Source: Octopus bimaculoides (taxonomy: Eukaryota). Taken from it: 64,000 bases of DNA. The DNA is taken from contig NC_068998.1 in the NCBI RefSeq assembly GCF_001194135.2, positions 27,119,668-27,183,667 on the forward strand, read 5' to 3'. Shown here one piece after another: positions 37,225 to 50,506 of this stretch. Numbering within the stretch: position 1 is the first letter of the stretch; every line of letters begins with the position of its first letter. The position numbers were made by a program, and so were the translations under genes. Under the pieces are notes generated by a model. The model did not search any database and had not been told where the DNA came from. It was given only the letters and a program-made list of their open reading frames with translations.

Positions 37225-38449
37225 AATGGACTGGGTGTATGTTATTGTGTTACCAGTATAAGAAAAGTTGTCTTTAGTTAAATTTATTAGTCTTCTCTAC
37301 TTCACGTCAGTATTTTTCTTCTAACATGTTGCCTGGCTGCAATTCCTAGAATCCTTGTCAATTCTATTTCATTCACACCTTATTTTTTGCATAATAAAGG
37401 AAGCGAATTATTACACAAGAGGTCTGGGGTAGTTAGCAATAAAGTGGGACTGTGAGTTCCTTTTAGTCCTATCACACCAAGAACTTATCAACTTCTCCAG
37501 TGCTGGTGCGACAAGAAAATGCACCCAATACATTCTGTAAAATAGTTGGCAATAGGTAGGGCATCAAGCCATCAAAATCAAGCCAAAATGATATGAATGA
37601 GCCCTAGTCTATGAGTAGTAGCAGCTCTCAATAAGAAAGGGCTTGGGGTGTGGTGACCTGCCCGACAAATGCCAGCATGGAAAGTGGATGCAAAACAGTA
37701 GCAGCAGCCACACCAGTCACCACCACCACCACCACACATCTCCTGATTGAATAAGCTGCAAGAGGTGAAATTTGAAGGCTTTGTCAACCAAATACATATA
37801 ATAAATTTAACTCTACTAGAAGTATTGGGTCACATTCAAACTATCAAAGTCAACAGTAGTTTAATAATTGCAGTTCCATTACAATTTACATTAAAAAAAC
37901 CAGTTAGCTACAAAATCTTAACTAAAAGGAATCATTTCATGAATGAAAAAGATGAAAAAATTCAGGCCATTAGTTCCTGTCACATAATTACACACTTTTA
38001 CATCTATAAATAACTGTAAAAACATAAAATACATACATACTTACACGTGTTAGAACAGTCCAGAGAGAAAAAAAATAGGATGATGATAATAATAATAATA
38101 ACAAGAGCAAACCTCTACCAAGGCAACACCAACAATTAGCCAGAGATGATTTTTTAAAGTGAGAATACCTGAAATAAACTCGCCTGCTCTCACAAACAAG
38201 AATACTAAAAATGAACCCAACCGCTCTCAAAAATTAAGTAAAAAAACAGGAAAAATAATCCAGAATCCTTGTCCAGTACTGAATTGATCCCAAAATCTTA
38301 TCAGTTCATGCCTGTCATGAAGTCAAACATTCCTGAAAGTTTCATCCAAATCCATCCAGCAGTTCTTGAGATATCTTGTCCATGGACAAACAAACAAAGA
38401 AACAAAAAACAACACCTCCGCCTTCACTAAGGCAGAGGTAATAATAATC

Positions 38450-38665
38450 CTTTCTACTATAGGCATAAGGCCTGAAATTTGGGGAGAGTAGACTAACCGA
38501 TTACATCAACCCCAGTGTGTAACTGGTACTTATTTCATTGACTCCGAAAGGATGAAAGGCAAAGTTGACCTTGGCAGAATTTGAACTCAGAACGAAGCGA
38601 CAAACAAAATATCACTAAGCATTTTGCCCGTCACGCTAATGATTCTGCCAACTCGCCACCTTAAC
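38450..38665 (-). mobile_element. OK-like SINE
   Basis: Reverse complement aaggtggcgagttggcagaatcattagc...ctgagttcaaattctgccaagg. Further copies lie at about 42850-43325 (three), 51022-51205 and 55485-55690. Confidence 0.8.
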
Positions 38666-39149
38666 AACAACAGCAGCAACAGCAACAACAACAACAATAA
38701 TACATCACAGGTGCATTCAATCTGCTCAGTTGGTCTTTCCTCCTTTCTTTCATACTGCAGTAGATGATAACAGCCCCGACTCTACTGTGCAGTAAGCTAC
38801 CTGCCAGGAAAGTGACCTTTACCATTATCAGTTTCAACCTCATTCATGCCATTGTTCAATACATTTGTACTTGACATTTTGGTGATATGGTGACACAACC
38901 ACCAGTGTTTTTATTGAGACACCTCTTCTTGAGAAGTTGCCAAACAAGGTTAAAGAGTCCACCTCCACCCCCACCCAATGAGACAGACTTAACCCTGCCA
39001 GATGCCAACCAAGTATCTCATGGTCTTGGGGTGAGCTTACAAGTACTACACTTAGCCCAAGAGTGACCTGGAGGTAGTTATGGTTAAGCGTAACCTCATT
39101 ATTCCCATATCAAGATTCCACAGCCTGATGCCGTTGAACGCCATACCCA

Positions 39150-40080
39150 GGACTATTAACTACTGCAGTAAACACATGAGCATTGTCTCTAATATGAGCA
39201 GTAAACACAGGGGCAAAATCTCTGATGATATTCTACTACTTTCCTGAACTGGACGATGGAAGAACTAAGACACATAGACTGTAAAACCAGAAGGACAACA
39301 TCCACATATAGGTTGTTACATCCTAGACACAGTGTTGATAGGTTATACCTACCATGGAGGGAGAGAGGGAGAGGACTGATAATAACAGAAGATTGCATAA
39401 GAGACGGGAGAATGTGATATAGAAGAGTATGTGAGAAATAACACAGAAAGACTGATTTCAGTTGCCAGAGGGGAGAAAGAAGTTGTGGAGACTACAATGG
39501 AATACAAGGAAAGAAGAAAGAAAGAAGAAAGAAACAACTGGAGAAAAGAACTACACAATCAGCATCTCAGACAAACGCAGGATGTCACAGCAGATGAATT
39601 TTGTCTATGGCTAAAGAATGGAGAACTTAAGAAAGAAACAGGAGGATTCATAAGTGTTAAAAGCCAGTCATTTCAGATGAATGTCATTAAGGCAAAAATA
39701 GACAAACCATGAATAGTCCTAAGTACAGAGTATGTAATGAGAAAGAGAAATCCATTGTGTACATAAGTTTACATAGTCCTTAGGCACAGAAGGAGTATAG
39801 ACATAGGCACAATTGTGTAGCCAAGGCATTACACTGGGACATATTAGAGCAAAGATTTGAAGTAGGCAGAAAATGACACCAACAACAACCAGAGAGTGTA
39901 ATAGAGAAGGTCTTACAGGATCTTAATTTACAGACCGATAATGAACTTCATGCCAAGCAACCAGATATTATCAATCAGACAAGGAGTGAAAAAAGAGTGC
40001 TTCATCACAGATGTGGCTATATCTGCAGACATGGATATAGCAGTCAAGAAAAGGTCCAGAATTTGACTAGGAAAATGCAA
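39150..40080 (+). mobile_element. R4/Dong-like RLE LINE fragment A (post-RT, zinc knuckle and RLE start), heavily decayed
   Basis: WTMEELRHIDCKTR, LHP..SVDRLYLPW, WLKNGELKKETGGFI, KAKID, AQKEYRHRHNCVAKALHWD and KQPDII. Confidence 0.75.
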
Positions 40081-40119
40081 ATAAATAGAAAACAAGAGAA
40101 AAGGTCTGTCATTCCTTAA

Positions 40120-42835
40120 CGAAACTAGTAGACAATCAACACTACTATGGAACAAGAAGAGAACAAAAATACTGTGGAAATACAAAATTACAGATAAAGG
40201 TTTACCTGAGGTAAAAGAACAGCTAAAGCAAGATATCCTTACCAAAGCACAAAGAATCCGCTGGTATGAGAAACACCAACGATTCTTTAAACAAAACAAA
40301 CAGTTCAGCTCCAACCCCAAAAGATTCTACTAAAATAGACATCAATGCAGCACCAACAGCAAAAGTGGAAGAATTTTGGAAAGAAATATGGTCGGTGAAG
40401 GAACAACCTCAGAAAAGGTCTATCAAAACAACAAACTCAGCACCTGAACAACTCTGGACCCCTATAACAACTGGAGAGGTCACCCAGACACAACAACAAC
40501 TAAGCAACTGGAAGGCATCCGGGCAAGATAAGATCCTCAACTTCTGTTTAAAATATCTGACAGGAACACATAAAAAAGCTGGCTGAGAAAATTAATGACA
40601 TACTAGCAGAGCCAGAGACAATGTTTGAATGGGTCATGGAAGGGAAAACTATCCTAATTCCCAAATCCACTGAAATGGCAAACCCATAAAATTACAGACC
40701 AATAACTTGTTTCCCTACAATTTACAAAGCTTTTCTGCAATATCGCACAGAATGAGCAAGCATCTGGAAGAAAACAACCTGTTTCTAGAAGAGCAGAAGG
40801 GATGTTGCAAGGGCTCATACAGCTGTAAAGATCAACTAATGATCAATAAAGCCATAACTGAAGACAGCCACAGAAAGAAGGATCTGCGTATGGCCTGGAC
40901 CGATTACTGAAAGACTTTCAATAGAATTCCCCACACATGGATCCTAGAAACACTAACCATGAACAAGGTAGCACCAACAATCATAAAATATATAACACAT
41001 TCCATGAATAAATGGCAGACAGTGCTACAGCTCCAAACAAAAGAGTGACTCATAAAAACCAAAGCCATCCCCATTAGAAGAGGAATATTCCAGGGAGACA
41101 CACTCTCTCCACTCTTTTCTGCTTGGCATTGACACCTTTATCTGACATGTTAAGTAGAACTGGATATGGATACAACTGTTATGGTAAAACAATCAGCCAC
41201 CTCTTATATGTGGATGATCTAAAACTGATCTACAAATAATAAACAGCTGGAAACACTACTAAAGACAGTACATGGATTTACCAAAGAAATAGATACGAAA
41301 TTTGGATTAGAAAAATGTGCCAAAGCAACTCTGTAAAGATGAAAACTAGTTAAGAGTAGTAACATCACACTAGATAAAGCAAATGAAATAAGAGAATTAG
41401 ACCAAAGCCAGACATACAAATATTTAGGAATCAATGAACTAGATACAATACAACACACACAAATGAACGAGAAAATAAAAAAGAATACTGTAGACAAGTT
41501 AAATTAATACTGAAAACAGATCTTAATGCGAAAAACAAGATAATGGGTATCAACACTTTAGCCATCCCAGTTATAAGTTACAGTTACAATATCCTTAACT
41601 GGACACTAAATGAACTAATCAAAATAGATAGGGAAACAAGAAAAATAATGACAGGATTTAGGATGTACCACCCAAAACCTGACATAGAAAGGTTATATAT
41701 ACAACGTTTAGAAGATGGTAGAAAATTATTACAAAATAACCACCATAGGACTACAGGAATATCTACTTCAGAAGCAAGGAAAACTAATACAAATAGCCAC
41801 AAAACATTAACAAAACAAAAAAACTGTTTTCAGTCTTTTAGGAAGCTGAGAAATACAAACTAGAAGTCATACTACCTAACAAATACGAAGAAGAAGAAGA
41901 AACAACAAAAGCTGTAAAACAAATGAAATCCAAACTAAAACTAGAACAGCAATGGACCATGATAAAACAATGGCAACAAAAGCCCCTTCATGGCAAATAC
42001 TGGGCTAAACTAAATGCAAAAGAAATAGACAGAGAAAAATCCCAGCAATGGTTGAGAAGCTCAGGACTCAAAGCAGAGACTGAAGGATTTTTAATTGCAG
42101 TACAAGATCAAAGCTTTCCCACCAGAAATTACCAAAAACATATAATGAAAAGAAACATAACAGGTAACTGCAGAATATATGTGGCGATGGACAAGAAACA
42201 ATAAATCATATTGTCTTTGGCTGCCCGGTCCTGGTTAAGAAGGAATATATTCACGGACATGACAGAGTTGGGACCTACATACACTGGAAGCTATGCCAGC
42301 ACTATGGAATAACAACAGAAAAAAGATGGTATAGGCACACACCAAACAAGTTCACAAAAAATAAGAAAGCAACATTATGGGATATGCCAATACACACAGA
42401 TAGAGAAATTAAGGCCAATAGGCCAGATATAGTTGTCAGAGACTATGAAGAAAAAATGCTTTCTAATTGATGTATTAATACCAACAGGTGACAATGTTTC
42501 TCCAAAAGAAATGGAGAAACTTTCAAAATATAAAGACCTGGAAATGGAGGTAACTCGAATGTGGAATCTAAAAACAGAAACAACTCCTATCATAGTGGGC
42601 ACATTAGGTATGATAAAAAATATTCAGACAAATACATAACAAAAACACCAGGACTAACAAATATATATAACATACAGAAAATAGCACTACTAGGCACTGC
42701 ACACATCCTACGTAAAACATTTTCAATACTATAACTATAAGAGCATCACAACAAACAACAGCACATACCCAAGGCACACAGAACTGTGTAGTGAAAGCAT
42801 GTTATAAGAGACTACTGAATAATAATAATAATAAT
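40120..42835 (+). mobile_element. R4/Dong-like RLE LINE B, 5'-truncated: RT, CCHC, RLE, 3'UTR and (AAT)n tail
   Basis: Motifs NYRPIT, EEQKGC, DQLMINK, MAWTDY*K.FNRIPH.W, GIFQGDTLSPL, ISHLLYVDDL, FGLEKCA, YKYLG, ERLYI, LHGKY, LKAETEGFL, CRI...ETINHIVFGCP, KANRPDIVV..FLIDV and KLSKYKDL; ends AGACTACTG(AAT)n at 42817. Many frameshifts. Confidence 0.92.
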
Positions 42836-43558
42836 AACAACAACAATAGTTTCAAATTTTGGCACTAGACCAGCAATATAGGAGGGGGTCAAGTCAACTA
42901 CATTGACCCCAGTACATAACTACTACTTAATAATGTTTTTTTAATTTTGGCATGAGGCCATGATTTTGAGGGAAAGAGTTAATGAATACCACCATTCCCC
43001 AATACTTAACCGGTATTTTAATTCTATCAACCCAGGAAGAATGAAAGGCAAAGTTGATTTTGGTGGGATGTGAACTCTGACCATAAAGAGGAAAAAAATA
43101 TCTTGGGGCATTTTGTCGGACGCTCTAACAATTCCACCAGCTTGCCATGTTTTGATGATGGTTTCTGATTAAGGTGCACGACCAGCAATTTTTAGGGAAG
43201 AGAAGTTGATACCACCGACCCCAGTATTTTACTGATACTTTATTTCATCAGCATCAACTGAATGAAAAGCAAAGCTGACTTCAGTGGGGTTTGAACTCGA
43301 AACATAAAGGGCTGCAATTAAATATTACAATGCATTGTATCTGATACTTTCACACCTCCACCAATAATAATAATTTTTTTTTCCTTTATCACTGCTACCC
43401 ACACCCCTTTGTACAAGAAAAATGTTATCAAGAGAGGTTACCATACATATTAGGGATGGATAGTTATATAAAAATGAAAGGATGCATAATGACATTATAC
43501 AATGACTTCTAACAGTGGCACAAATAATAGTGGCTGAAATTAGAAGAGAACCACTCAC

Positions 43559-43655
43559 CTGATGTAATTAAGTGGGTGACTCTGATGAATCACAATTTCA
43601 CAAGTAGGGCAAGTGTTATTGTCATCCAGGTACTGAACCAAACAGCTTTTGCAGA
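43559..43655 (-). CDS. PCGF3: PCGF3 coding exon 2: (F)CKSCLVQYLDDNNTCPTCEIVIHQSHPLNYI(S), second half of the C3HC4 RING
   Basis: TCTTATAG acceptor, AG|GTGAGT donor, 97 nt, phase 1 to 2. Confidence 0.96.
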
Positions 43656-44116
43656 CTATAAGATAAAAGTATGAAACCATTTAATAATCACCAGTAACAA
43701 TGTTTATATCTAATGAAAAATTTAGACTGTTCAATACATTTGTGTTGTTTTTCGTGATGTGTTGCTCCAGCTAGTCCAAACCAACTAGACATGAGTTATA
43801 TAGGTAGGCAGGAGTGAACAGTTGGGATCTGTAGATTTATCCATCACCACTTAGTGAGGAATGGATTGAACACATAATGTGCAATTTTCTTTTTTAATTA
43901 TTTCTTTTAGTGCTCCAACACAAATACATACATACATACAAATACATACATACATGAATGCATTATATATATAAAGTGAATTGCATCATAGTGCTGTTTT
44001 CTCACAGACAGTGCCCAACTGATCCTCCTACACTGTGTAGTCAACAAAATCAAAAACAAACAATGTGCATGTGTGAAATCAAAAATACAAAATGGCAATA
44101 ATTTACCCATCGCACC

Positions 44117-44164
<48 letters not shown>

Positions 44165-45279
44165 ACTGTATTAACTAATCCGCATAGACTTTCATGTGTG
44201 TGTGTTTGTTTGTGTGTGTGTACCATTTGTTACAAAGAGATTAATACCCAGGCAAGATTGGAACAATATATGATGGTTCTGATAAATTATTTGGACATTA
44301 TATATTGTTTCTTCAGGTTTGCCAAATGTGTTGTGAATGATCTTAATGTCTTTGTACACCACTTAATTTAATTTTTTCTATATGACATGAACATAAAAGT
44401 GTTGCAGATGATTTCTTCTATTTTTGTTTGCTGTATGAGGTACATGTGCAGTATTTTGATTTTATAGAGTAGATGAGTCAGCAAATTTAGACATTTGTAT
44501 TCTGTGTTATTCAATTATATTGATTACAAGTTTCTAACAAGTTAATCCCTAATGTATTTTTTAGGGTGATCTGAAAGAAATATCAGTAACTCAGTACAGA
44601 ACAAATACTAGAAAACAGTTGGTTTGAAAAGTACTACTTCTACAATTTTCATGCCAATCTTTACACCTTCTCTGAGACACATTGGTAAAAGACACACACA
44701 TACACAGGTGTATCTATGGCTGTATGGTTAAGATGTTCACTTTCCAACCATGTGGTTTCAGTTTCTGTCTACATGGGTGGTTCCTTGGGCAAGTAAATGT
44801 CTTCTACAATAGCCCTGTGCCAACCAAAACCTTATGAGTGGATTTGGTAGATGGAAACTTAAAGTCTTTAACGTCAAATGGTAAAAGCAAAATGGACATG
44901 ATTTAATCTAGACTAGATTCATTCTACTTTGTATTGTCTATCATCATTCTTTGAGGTTAGCCTTGTGAGCCTCAGAACAGAGTTAAGAGTACTCATTAAG
45001 GATCCTTTTGAAGGCAGAGTTTTATAGCCAGATCCCTTTCCTGTTGCCTCTTCAAAAAGAAAACAGGGATATAGTGCAACTATTCTATCTTGCCCCAAAA
45101 TTTCAATTGACTGATCTTATTCTAGTACCTTATTTGATGAAACACCTAGTGACGGAGATTTTATACACAAATTGTGCTACTATAGCTAACTGGGCTATAA
45201 TGACAGTACTGAAAGGTACATCTATACACAAAGTATCTAAGGAAAATTGGCACTCTATTGGTTACGACAATGAGGGTTC

Positions 45280-45530
45280 CAGTTGATCCAATCAATGGAA
45301 CAGCTTGCTCGTGAAATTAAGATGTAAGTGGCTGAGCACTCCACAGACACGTGTACCCTTAACGTAGTTCTCAGAGAGATTCAACATCATACAGAGTGTG
45401 ACAAGGCAGGCCCTTTAAAATACAGGTGCTACTTATTTTTGCCAGCTGAGTGGACTGGAGCAACACGAAATAAAGTGTCATGCTCAAGGACACAATGCAT
45501 TGCCAGGAACTGAACTCACGACCTTACGGT
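45280..45530 (+). mobile_element. Dispersed SINE-like family (also about 5400-5620, 22740-23000 and 56760-57040)
   Basis: Shared gtggctgagcactccacagacacgtgtacccttaacg...gtgtgacaaggc...ttttgccagctgagtggactggagcaac...tgctcaaggacacaatgc. Confidence 0.7.
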
Positions 45531-46949
45531 TGTGCTAAGGAAAATTATTTATAGTTAAAACACCACCTTCTTGCTAATAATACCCACAGAAAGATTTGAA
45601 CTCAGCACTACAAGGTAACAAAATATCCATCTATTTTAGAGTACTCCCACTGCTTGTATGTATAAGCTGTAAGGACAGGAATCCAGTTCTACAAACAGTA
45701 TGTATGTAATATAGTGAGTTGAAAAACAGAGATTATACAAGCAAATGGTAGACAAAATCTTCTAAAACAATGTTTAAAATTGACCAAGAAGCAAAGGAGA
45801 CATTGCCAATAAAATCAATTGACTGGTGGCTTTTAAATAATATAGACAACACATACTAGAGTGGATCTGGTCTATAATTTCCATAGGTGAACAGTAAACA
45901 CATTTTAGGTTTACTAGATCAGAATCACTACAATCTGCATCATCCATCCCCACTAACAACTCGTGTTTTAAGACCATTTTCCCTGTTATGGTGGGGCTAG
46001 CTTTGCAGGCCCCTTTACAGCCTAAATCATATTCATCATTGCACACTTTTTCAAGCAGTGTTTGACAGCTAGATACCCTTCTCATTGCCAACCTTTTTAG
46101 CTGACCCTTACAACAAGCAGGGATACTATACTCCTGTTCTATAGTATCCGTACTGACAACCAACTAATCCTACTTGGATTATTCTCCTTGCTTGTTGATT
46201 TAGATATTAAATACTTCTGGGGTGATTTTTATCTGGTAACTGATTGCATAAGCTGATCGAAGTTTTCCAGTTCTACATTATAAGTATGAAACCCAACCAA
46301 TATGTATATTTAGTATACAAAATACTCCTAAGGTGTTTTTCATGAGCTATTCTGTTGATATTCCTAATCGGTTTCATTATATTATCTTTGTCTCTCTATG
46401 TTGATCATTTTTAGCTTTGCCAAATTTACTTGCAAAATAAAAATCTACTCAGAGCTGAAAAAACTAAAGAACTGCATTTAGAATGTCATAGGTATTATAA
46501 ACCAACAACTGGCAAGAGCCAGCAAGAGAGTCTCTATGTGTGTGCTTGATTTACTAAAAGTAGCAGCTAAATCTTCCTTAAATCATACTTTACCATCTTA
46601 AATCATATTTTGCCATCTTAAAAAATAATAAACTATGTCTGGAAAATAAAAAGAAAATAGTCACAACTGAACCACTTTTGATTATAGATTTGCTTAATCA
46701 GAACCTTTGGGCTAAACAACAAAGATAGCTATCCACCACTTAGATAGACTGTTATTGCTAAGCCTAATGTTGTGACTAAGAGGGCTGAAGTATAACTGCA
46801 AAAGCATTTGCAAACCAGAAATTGCTGAAAACATTACTCAAGACAAGAAAAATAAAGAAGGTATCAAAGAATTAAAATAAACAAATGAAGACAATCTAAT
46901 TGGCAAATGCTGAGAATAGTTGTACAATAAAACAAAGAACTTCACTTAC

Positions 46950-47058
46950 ATGTGTGCAGACATTCTGTGATGGTGGTCGCATCAATGAGGTAGCCAGAAC
47001 ACAGTGTGCATGTAATGTGAACATTGACTGACTTCAAACGAATTCTCCGCTCCATCAT
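46950..47058 (-). CDS. PCGF3: PCGF3 first identifiable coding exon: [36 protein letters not shown] (RING N-half)
   Basis: Matches PCGF3 [24 protein letters not shown]; T|GTAAGT donor at 46949. An acceptor TTTCTATTTCAG at 47085 means the exon starts at 47084 and at least one upstream exon exists. The frame is open back to the acceptor (DEDVSSSDT), so the true start could be upstream. Confidence 0.93.
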
Positions 47059-47289
47059 GGTGTCAGAAGAACTGACATCCTCATCTGAAATAGAAACAAA
47101 ATGTGCATCAAAGATAGTGCATGTATGTATATACATATGTATATTTAAGTATATATATTTGTACATTTATATATATATATATATATATATATNNNNNNNN
47201 NNNNNNNNNNNNNNNNNNNNNNNNNNNNNNNNNNNNNNNNNNNNNNNNNNNNNNNNNNNNATATATGTCTCTTTTATCTTCTACTGTTT

Positions 47290-47597
47290 ATCTGTTTCAG
47301 TCATTAGACTGCAGTCATGCTGGGGCACTGCCTTGAGGAATTTTAGTTGAACTAATTGACCCCAGTACTTAGTTGTTTTTTTTTAAACTTGGTACTTCTC
47401 TTACCATCTTTTACCAAACGCTAAGTTACAGGGACATAAATACACACATATATGTACGGTGGGCTTCTTTTAGTTTCCATTTAAAAAATTCAATCACAAT
47501 GCTTTGATTAGCCTGAGGCTCAAGGTGCCTCAAGCAGTGGGACTGAACTCAGAACCATGTGGTGGGAAGCAAACTTCTTACCACACAGCCACACCTC

Positions 47598-47600
<3 letters not shown>
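47290..47600 (-). mobile_element. OR/CORE-type SINE (internally deleted)
   Basis: tttcagtcattagactgcagtcatgctggggcactgcc...caaggtgcctcaagcagtgggactgaactcagaaccatgtgg. Confidence 0.75.
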
Positions 47601-47631
<31 letters not shown>

Positions 47632-48039
47632 CATGCATACAGATTTCTGCACATTTTCTTTCCTTCTCATATAGAGAGTTTTTTCTTTTTACTTAGAATA
47701 TACACACTTCTTATTAGCACACTTATTTGCACTTTTGTACTTACTACAAATGCTCAGTTATAAATTAAGCTTTCTAATAGTTGGAAGACATTCTTTCCTT
47801 TATCATGTAAACACCACTTCTGCTTCCAGGTAGTTTTCTTTATCACACCTACAGTGTCAAAGACTATTTCACTTTTGGACTATTCAATTCCATGACATAT
47901 AAGGACTAAGTGCACAGTCATTTAGAGTTTTTCTTTTCTAATGAAACTCAGAGACCTAACCTCTCAATATTTACTTTCATCCAATTACTTTGTGAGTTCT
48001 AATTTTGTCAGATCATAACATTCAAAGTTCAGTCCTCCA

Positions 48040-48370
48040 GCTCCAACCTTGCAGCATCGGCTGCAAACCTGGGTGTCCCCACCCATAACGTGAAGAAGAG
48101 GAAAATCTATAAACACCAGGGCCTAGCTGGCTGCTACCAGTTTGTGCCAGTTGCCATTCAAAAATGTCAGGTATTCTAGGACCCCATAACTACTGATTTT
48201 TTCAGCAAAATAGGGATAATGGCAGCCCATCGGAGAAATGTGCCCCACGAGGTGGAGTGGCTGCTACAGCGAGTATCACTGGCCATTCTTTGTGGCGACA
48301 CCATCACAGTCATTACCACAGAGCTTGCCTGAGCACACCATTTATTCTAGGATATGTAGGCCATTGCCCC
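48040..48370 (+). mobile_element. CRE-like RLE non-LTR retrotransposon, extreme 3' fragment
   Basis: AASAA...KKRKIYKHQGLAGCYQFVPVAIQ, then after frameshifts SGILGP..DFFSKIG...EVEWLLQRVSLAILCGD. This resembles the CRE-type RK..KY...FVP.A.ET.G...LQR.S.AI.RGN tail. Confidence 0.65.
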
Positions 48371-48448
48371 CACCNNNNNNNNNNTTTCCTTATCCCTCTT
48401 CTTTCCTGCTTCTTTGTACTGAAATATTCTAATCAAATTTGAAATTAA

Positions 48449-48665
48449 CCCTTTGGAGACAGCCTCATTTGGAGTTTAAGCGCCAAGAAGACGGAGCTCT
48501 TTTCACAAGCATGCACTTATTTTTCAACAAAATAATAAAAAATAAAGTAATTACTTTTCATACATAAAACTATATATATTCTTGTAAGAAATTGAATGAA
48601 CTAATACTATCTTCTTCGTCATTCGACTGTTCAGCTGTTAAATCAGTCGTGTTGTCTCTTAAGGG
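48449..48665. mobile_element. 217-bp piggyBac-like MITE with TTAA TSD
   Basis: TTAA (48445-48448) CCCTTTGGAGACA ... TGTCTCTTAAGGG TTAA (48666-48669); TIR match 11/13. Confidence 0.85.
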
Positions 48666-49399
48666 TTAAATATCAAATAACTATAAAATAGTTTATTTGT
48701 TTTTCTTTTGACAAAGTATAAGGCCAAATTGTTTAGATAAGATGGTAAAATCAATCAAGTAATATAACAGATACTTATTTCATTGACACAAGAAGAATTA
48801 CAATCAAAGTGAAGTATGGTAGGATTTGAACGCAAATGCAGGAGACCACAGACTAAACGCCGTAAAACTTTTGGTATAATGTTTTCCTATTTGAACTCAT
48901 CCCGTTGTTCTGATTATAATCAAACATAAAAGTAACAATAGCTATTCAGATTAAATTATGCTAGTAAAGTGAAACTTGTTAGCCTAACCTTGCTCTTTCT
49001 AATTTAATTACAATCCACAGTATATCATTAAGTATTTATTTATTCTGTTTGTTGGGGTTTTTTATTTGGTAATATTGGTTCAAAAGATGACTACAACCTC
49101 TTCTAATAGTGTTCTTTATTACCATCAAAGAAACTTTTCAGAACAACCACATAATCAATAATACATTTCAAACTACACTTCCAACAATTTAGCTGATATT
49201 TTTCAATAAACTATATTAATAAAAAATAGATATTAATCTATTTCCAATCACTGTTAATTATATTTATAATAAGTCATATAATAATTTGAGAAAAGAAATT
49301 GTAATTAAGGAACAGAAAAGGATGAGTGTCTACAACAAAATTATCACATTATATCACCAATCTTTTAGCTGTCAGAAACTAACATCATCATTAGTATCA

Positions 49400-49442
<43 letters not shown>

Positions 49443-49445
<3 letters not shown>

Positions 49446-49860
49446 GGTGGCGAGCTGGCAGACTCATTAGTGGGCTGGGCAAAATGCTTAGTGGCATTTC
49501 ACCCGTCCTTACATTCTGAGTTCAAATTCCACCAGGGTCAACTTTGCCTTTCATCCTTTCAAGTTCGATAAATCAAGTACCAATAGAGTACTAGGTCGAT
49601 GTAATTGACTCATCCCCCTCCTCCACAAAATTTGTCCGTCGTCATCGCCGTCGCCATCGTCATCATCATCATTATTATTATTAAGGTACCAAGCTGGCAG
49701 AATCATTAGCATGTCACACAGAGTGCTGATTGGCATTTCAGCTGTCTTTACATTCTGAGTTCAAATTCTGCTGGGGTTTGTCTGCTAACTTTACCTTTCA
49801 TCCTTTCAGGGTCAATTACATGGACTAGCCCCTTTCCCTAAACTTTCAGGTCTTGTGTCT
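49443..49860 (+). mobile_element. Two tandem OK-like SINEs separated by (CAT/CGT)n
   Basis: aaggtggcgagctggcag... at 49443 and aaggtaccaagctggcagaatc... at 49683, both with the GAGTTCAAATTC B-box. Confidence 0.8.
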
Positions 49861-49872
49861 AAAGTAGAAAGA

Positions 49873-50054
49873 ATTATTATTATTATTATTATTTCTACTA
49901 CTACTACAACTACTACTACTACTACTACTATTACTACTACTATTATTACTACTATTATTACTACTACTACTACTACTACTATTATTACTACTACTATTAT
50001 TACTACTACTATTATTACTACTACTATTATTACTACTACTATTATTATTATTAT

Positions 50055-50092
<38 letters not shown>

Positions 50093-50158
50093 TTACTACT
50101 ACTATTATTACTACTACTACTACTACTACTACTACTATTATTATTATTATTATTATTA
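49873..50158. repeat. Compound (ACT)n/(ATT)n trinucleotide array
   Basis: Directly visible; includes tandem 15-bp ATTATTACTACTACT units. Confidence 0.95.
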
Positions 50159-50460
50159 GGTGGGGATGTATGGCCTAGTGGTTAGGGTGTTGCACTCATG
50201 ATTGTGAGATTGTGGTTTCAATTGCTGGACTGGGTGGTGCATAGTGTTCTTGATTGAGTAGTGCATAGTGTTCATCTCATGTGCTCTGCAATCACCACCT
50301 GACGTGTGGTACACCATGCACCTGTTCAGGTAATGTCGATTTGATGGAGAGAGCAAGCTAATATACAGTGCATACATGTGATCACTATAAACAAATCATT
50401 TGTGCAGGTCATTCAGCAAAAACTGAACACTCATACATCATCTCTTATGGGAGAGCCCAT
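50159..50460 (+). mobile_element. tRNA-derived SINE of a distinct family
   Basis: A-box TGGCCTAGTGG at 50171, a degenerate B-box (GGTTTCAATTGC), and a (TTG/TTA)n tail. Confidence 0.6.
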
Positions 50461-50462
50461 TG

Positions 50463-50506
<44 letters not shown>

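Noticed and set aside
46085-46150. Minus-strand CCCTGCTTGTTGTAAGGGTCAGCTAAAAAGG resembling the 3' half of RTE-leader HDV-like ribozymes
   Set aside because: The P1 partner is mismatched and there is no room for P2/P3/L3 upstream, so it cannot fold as an HDV ribozyme. The resemblance is from memory only.
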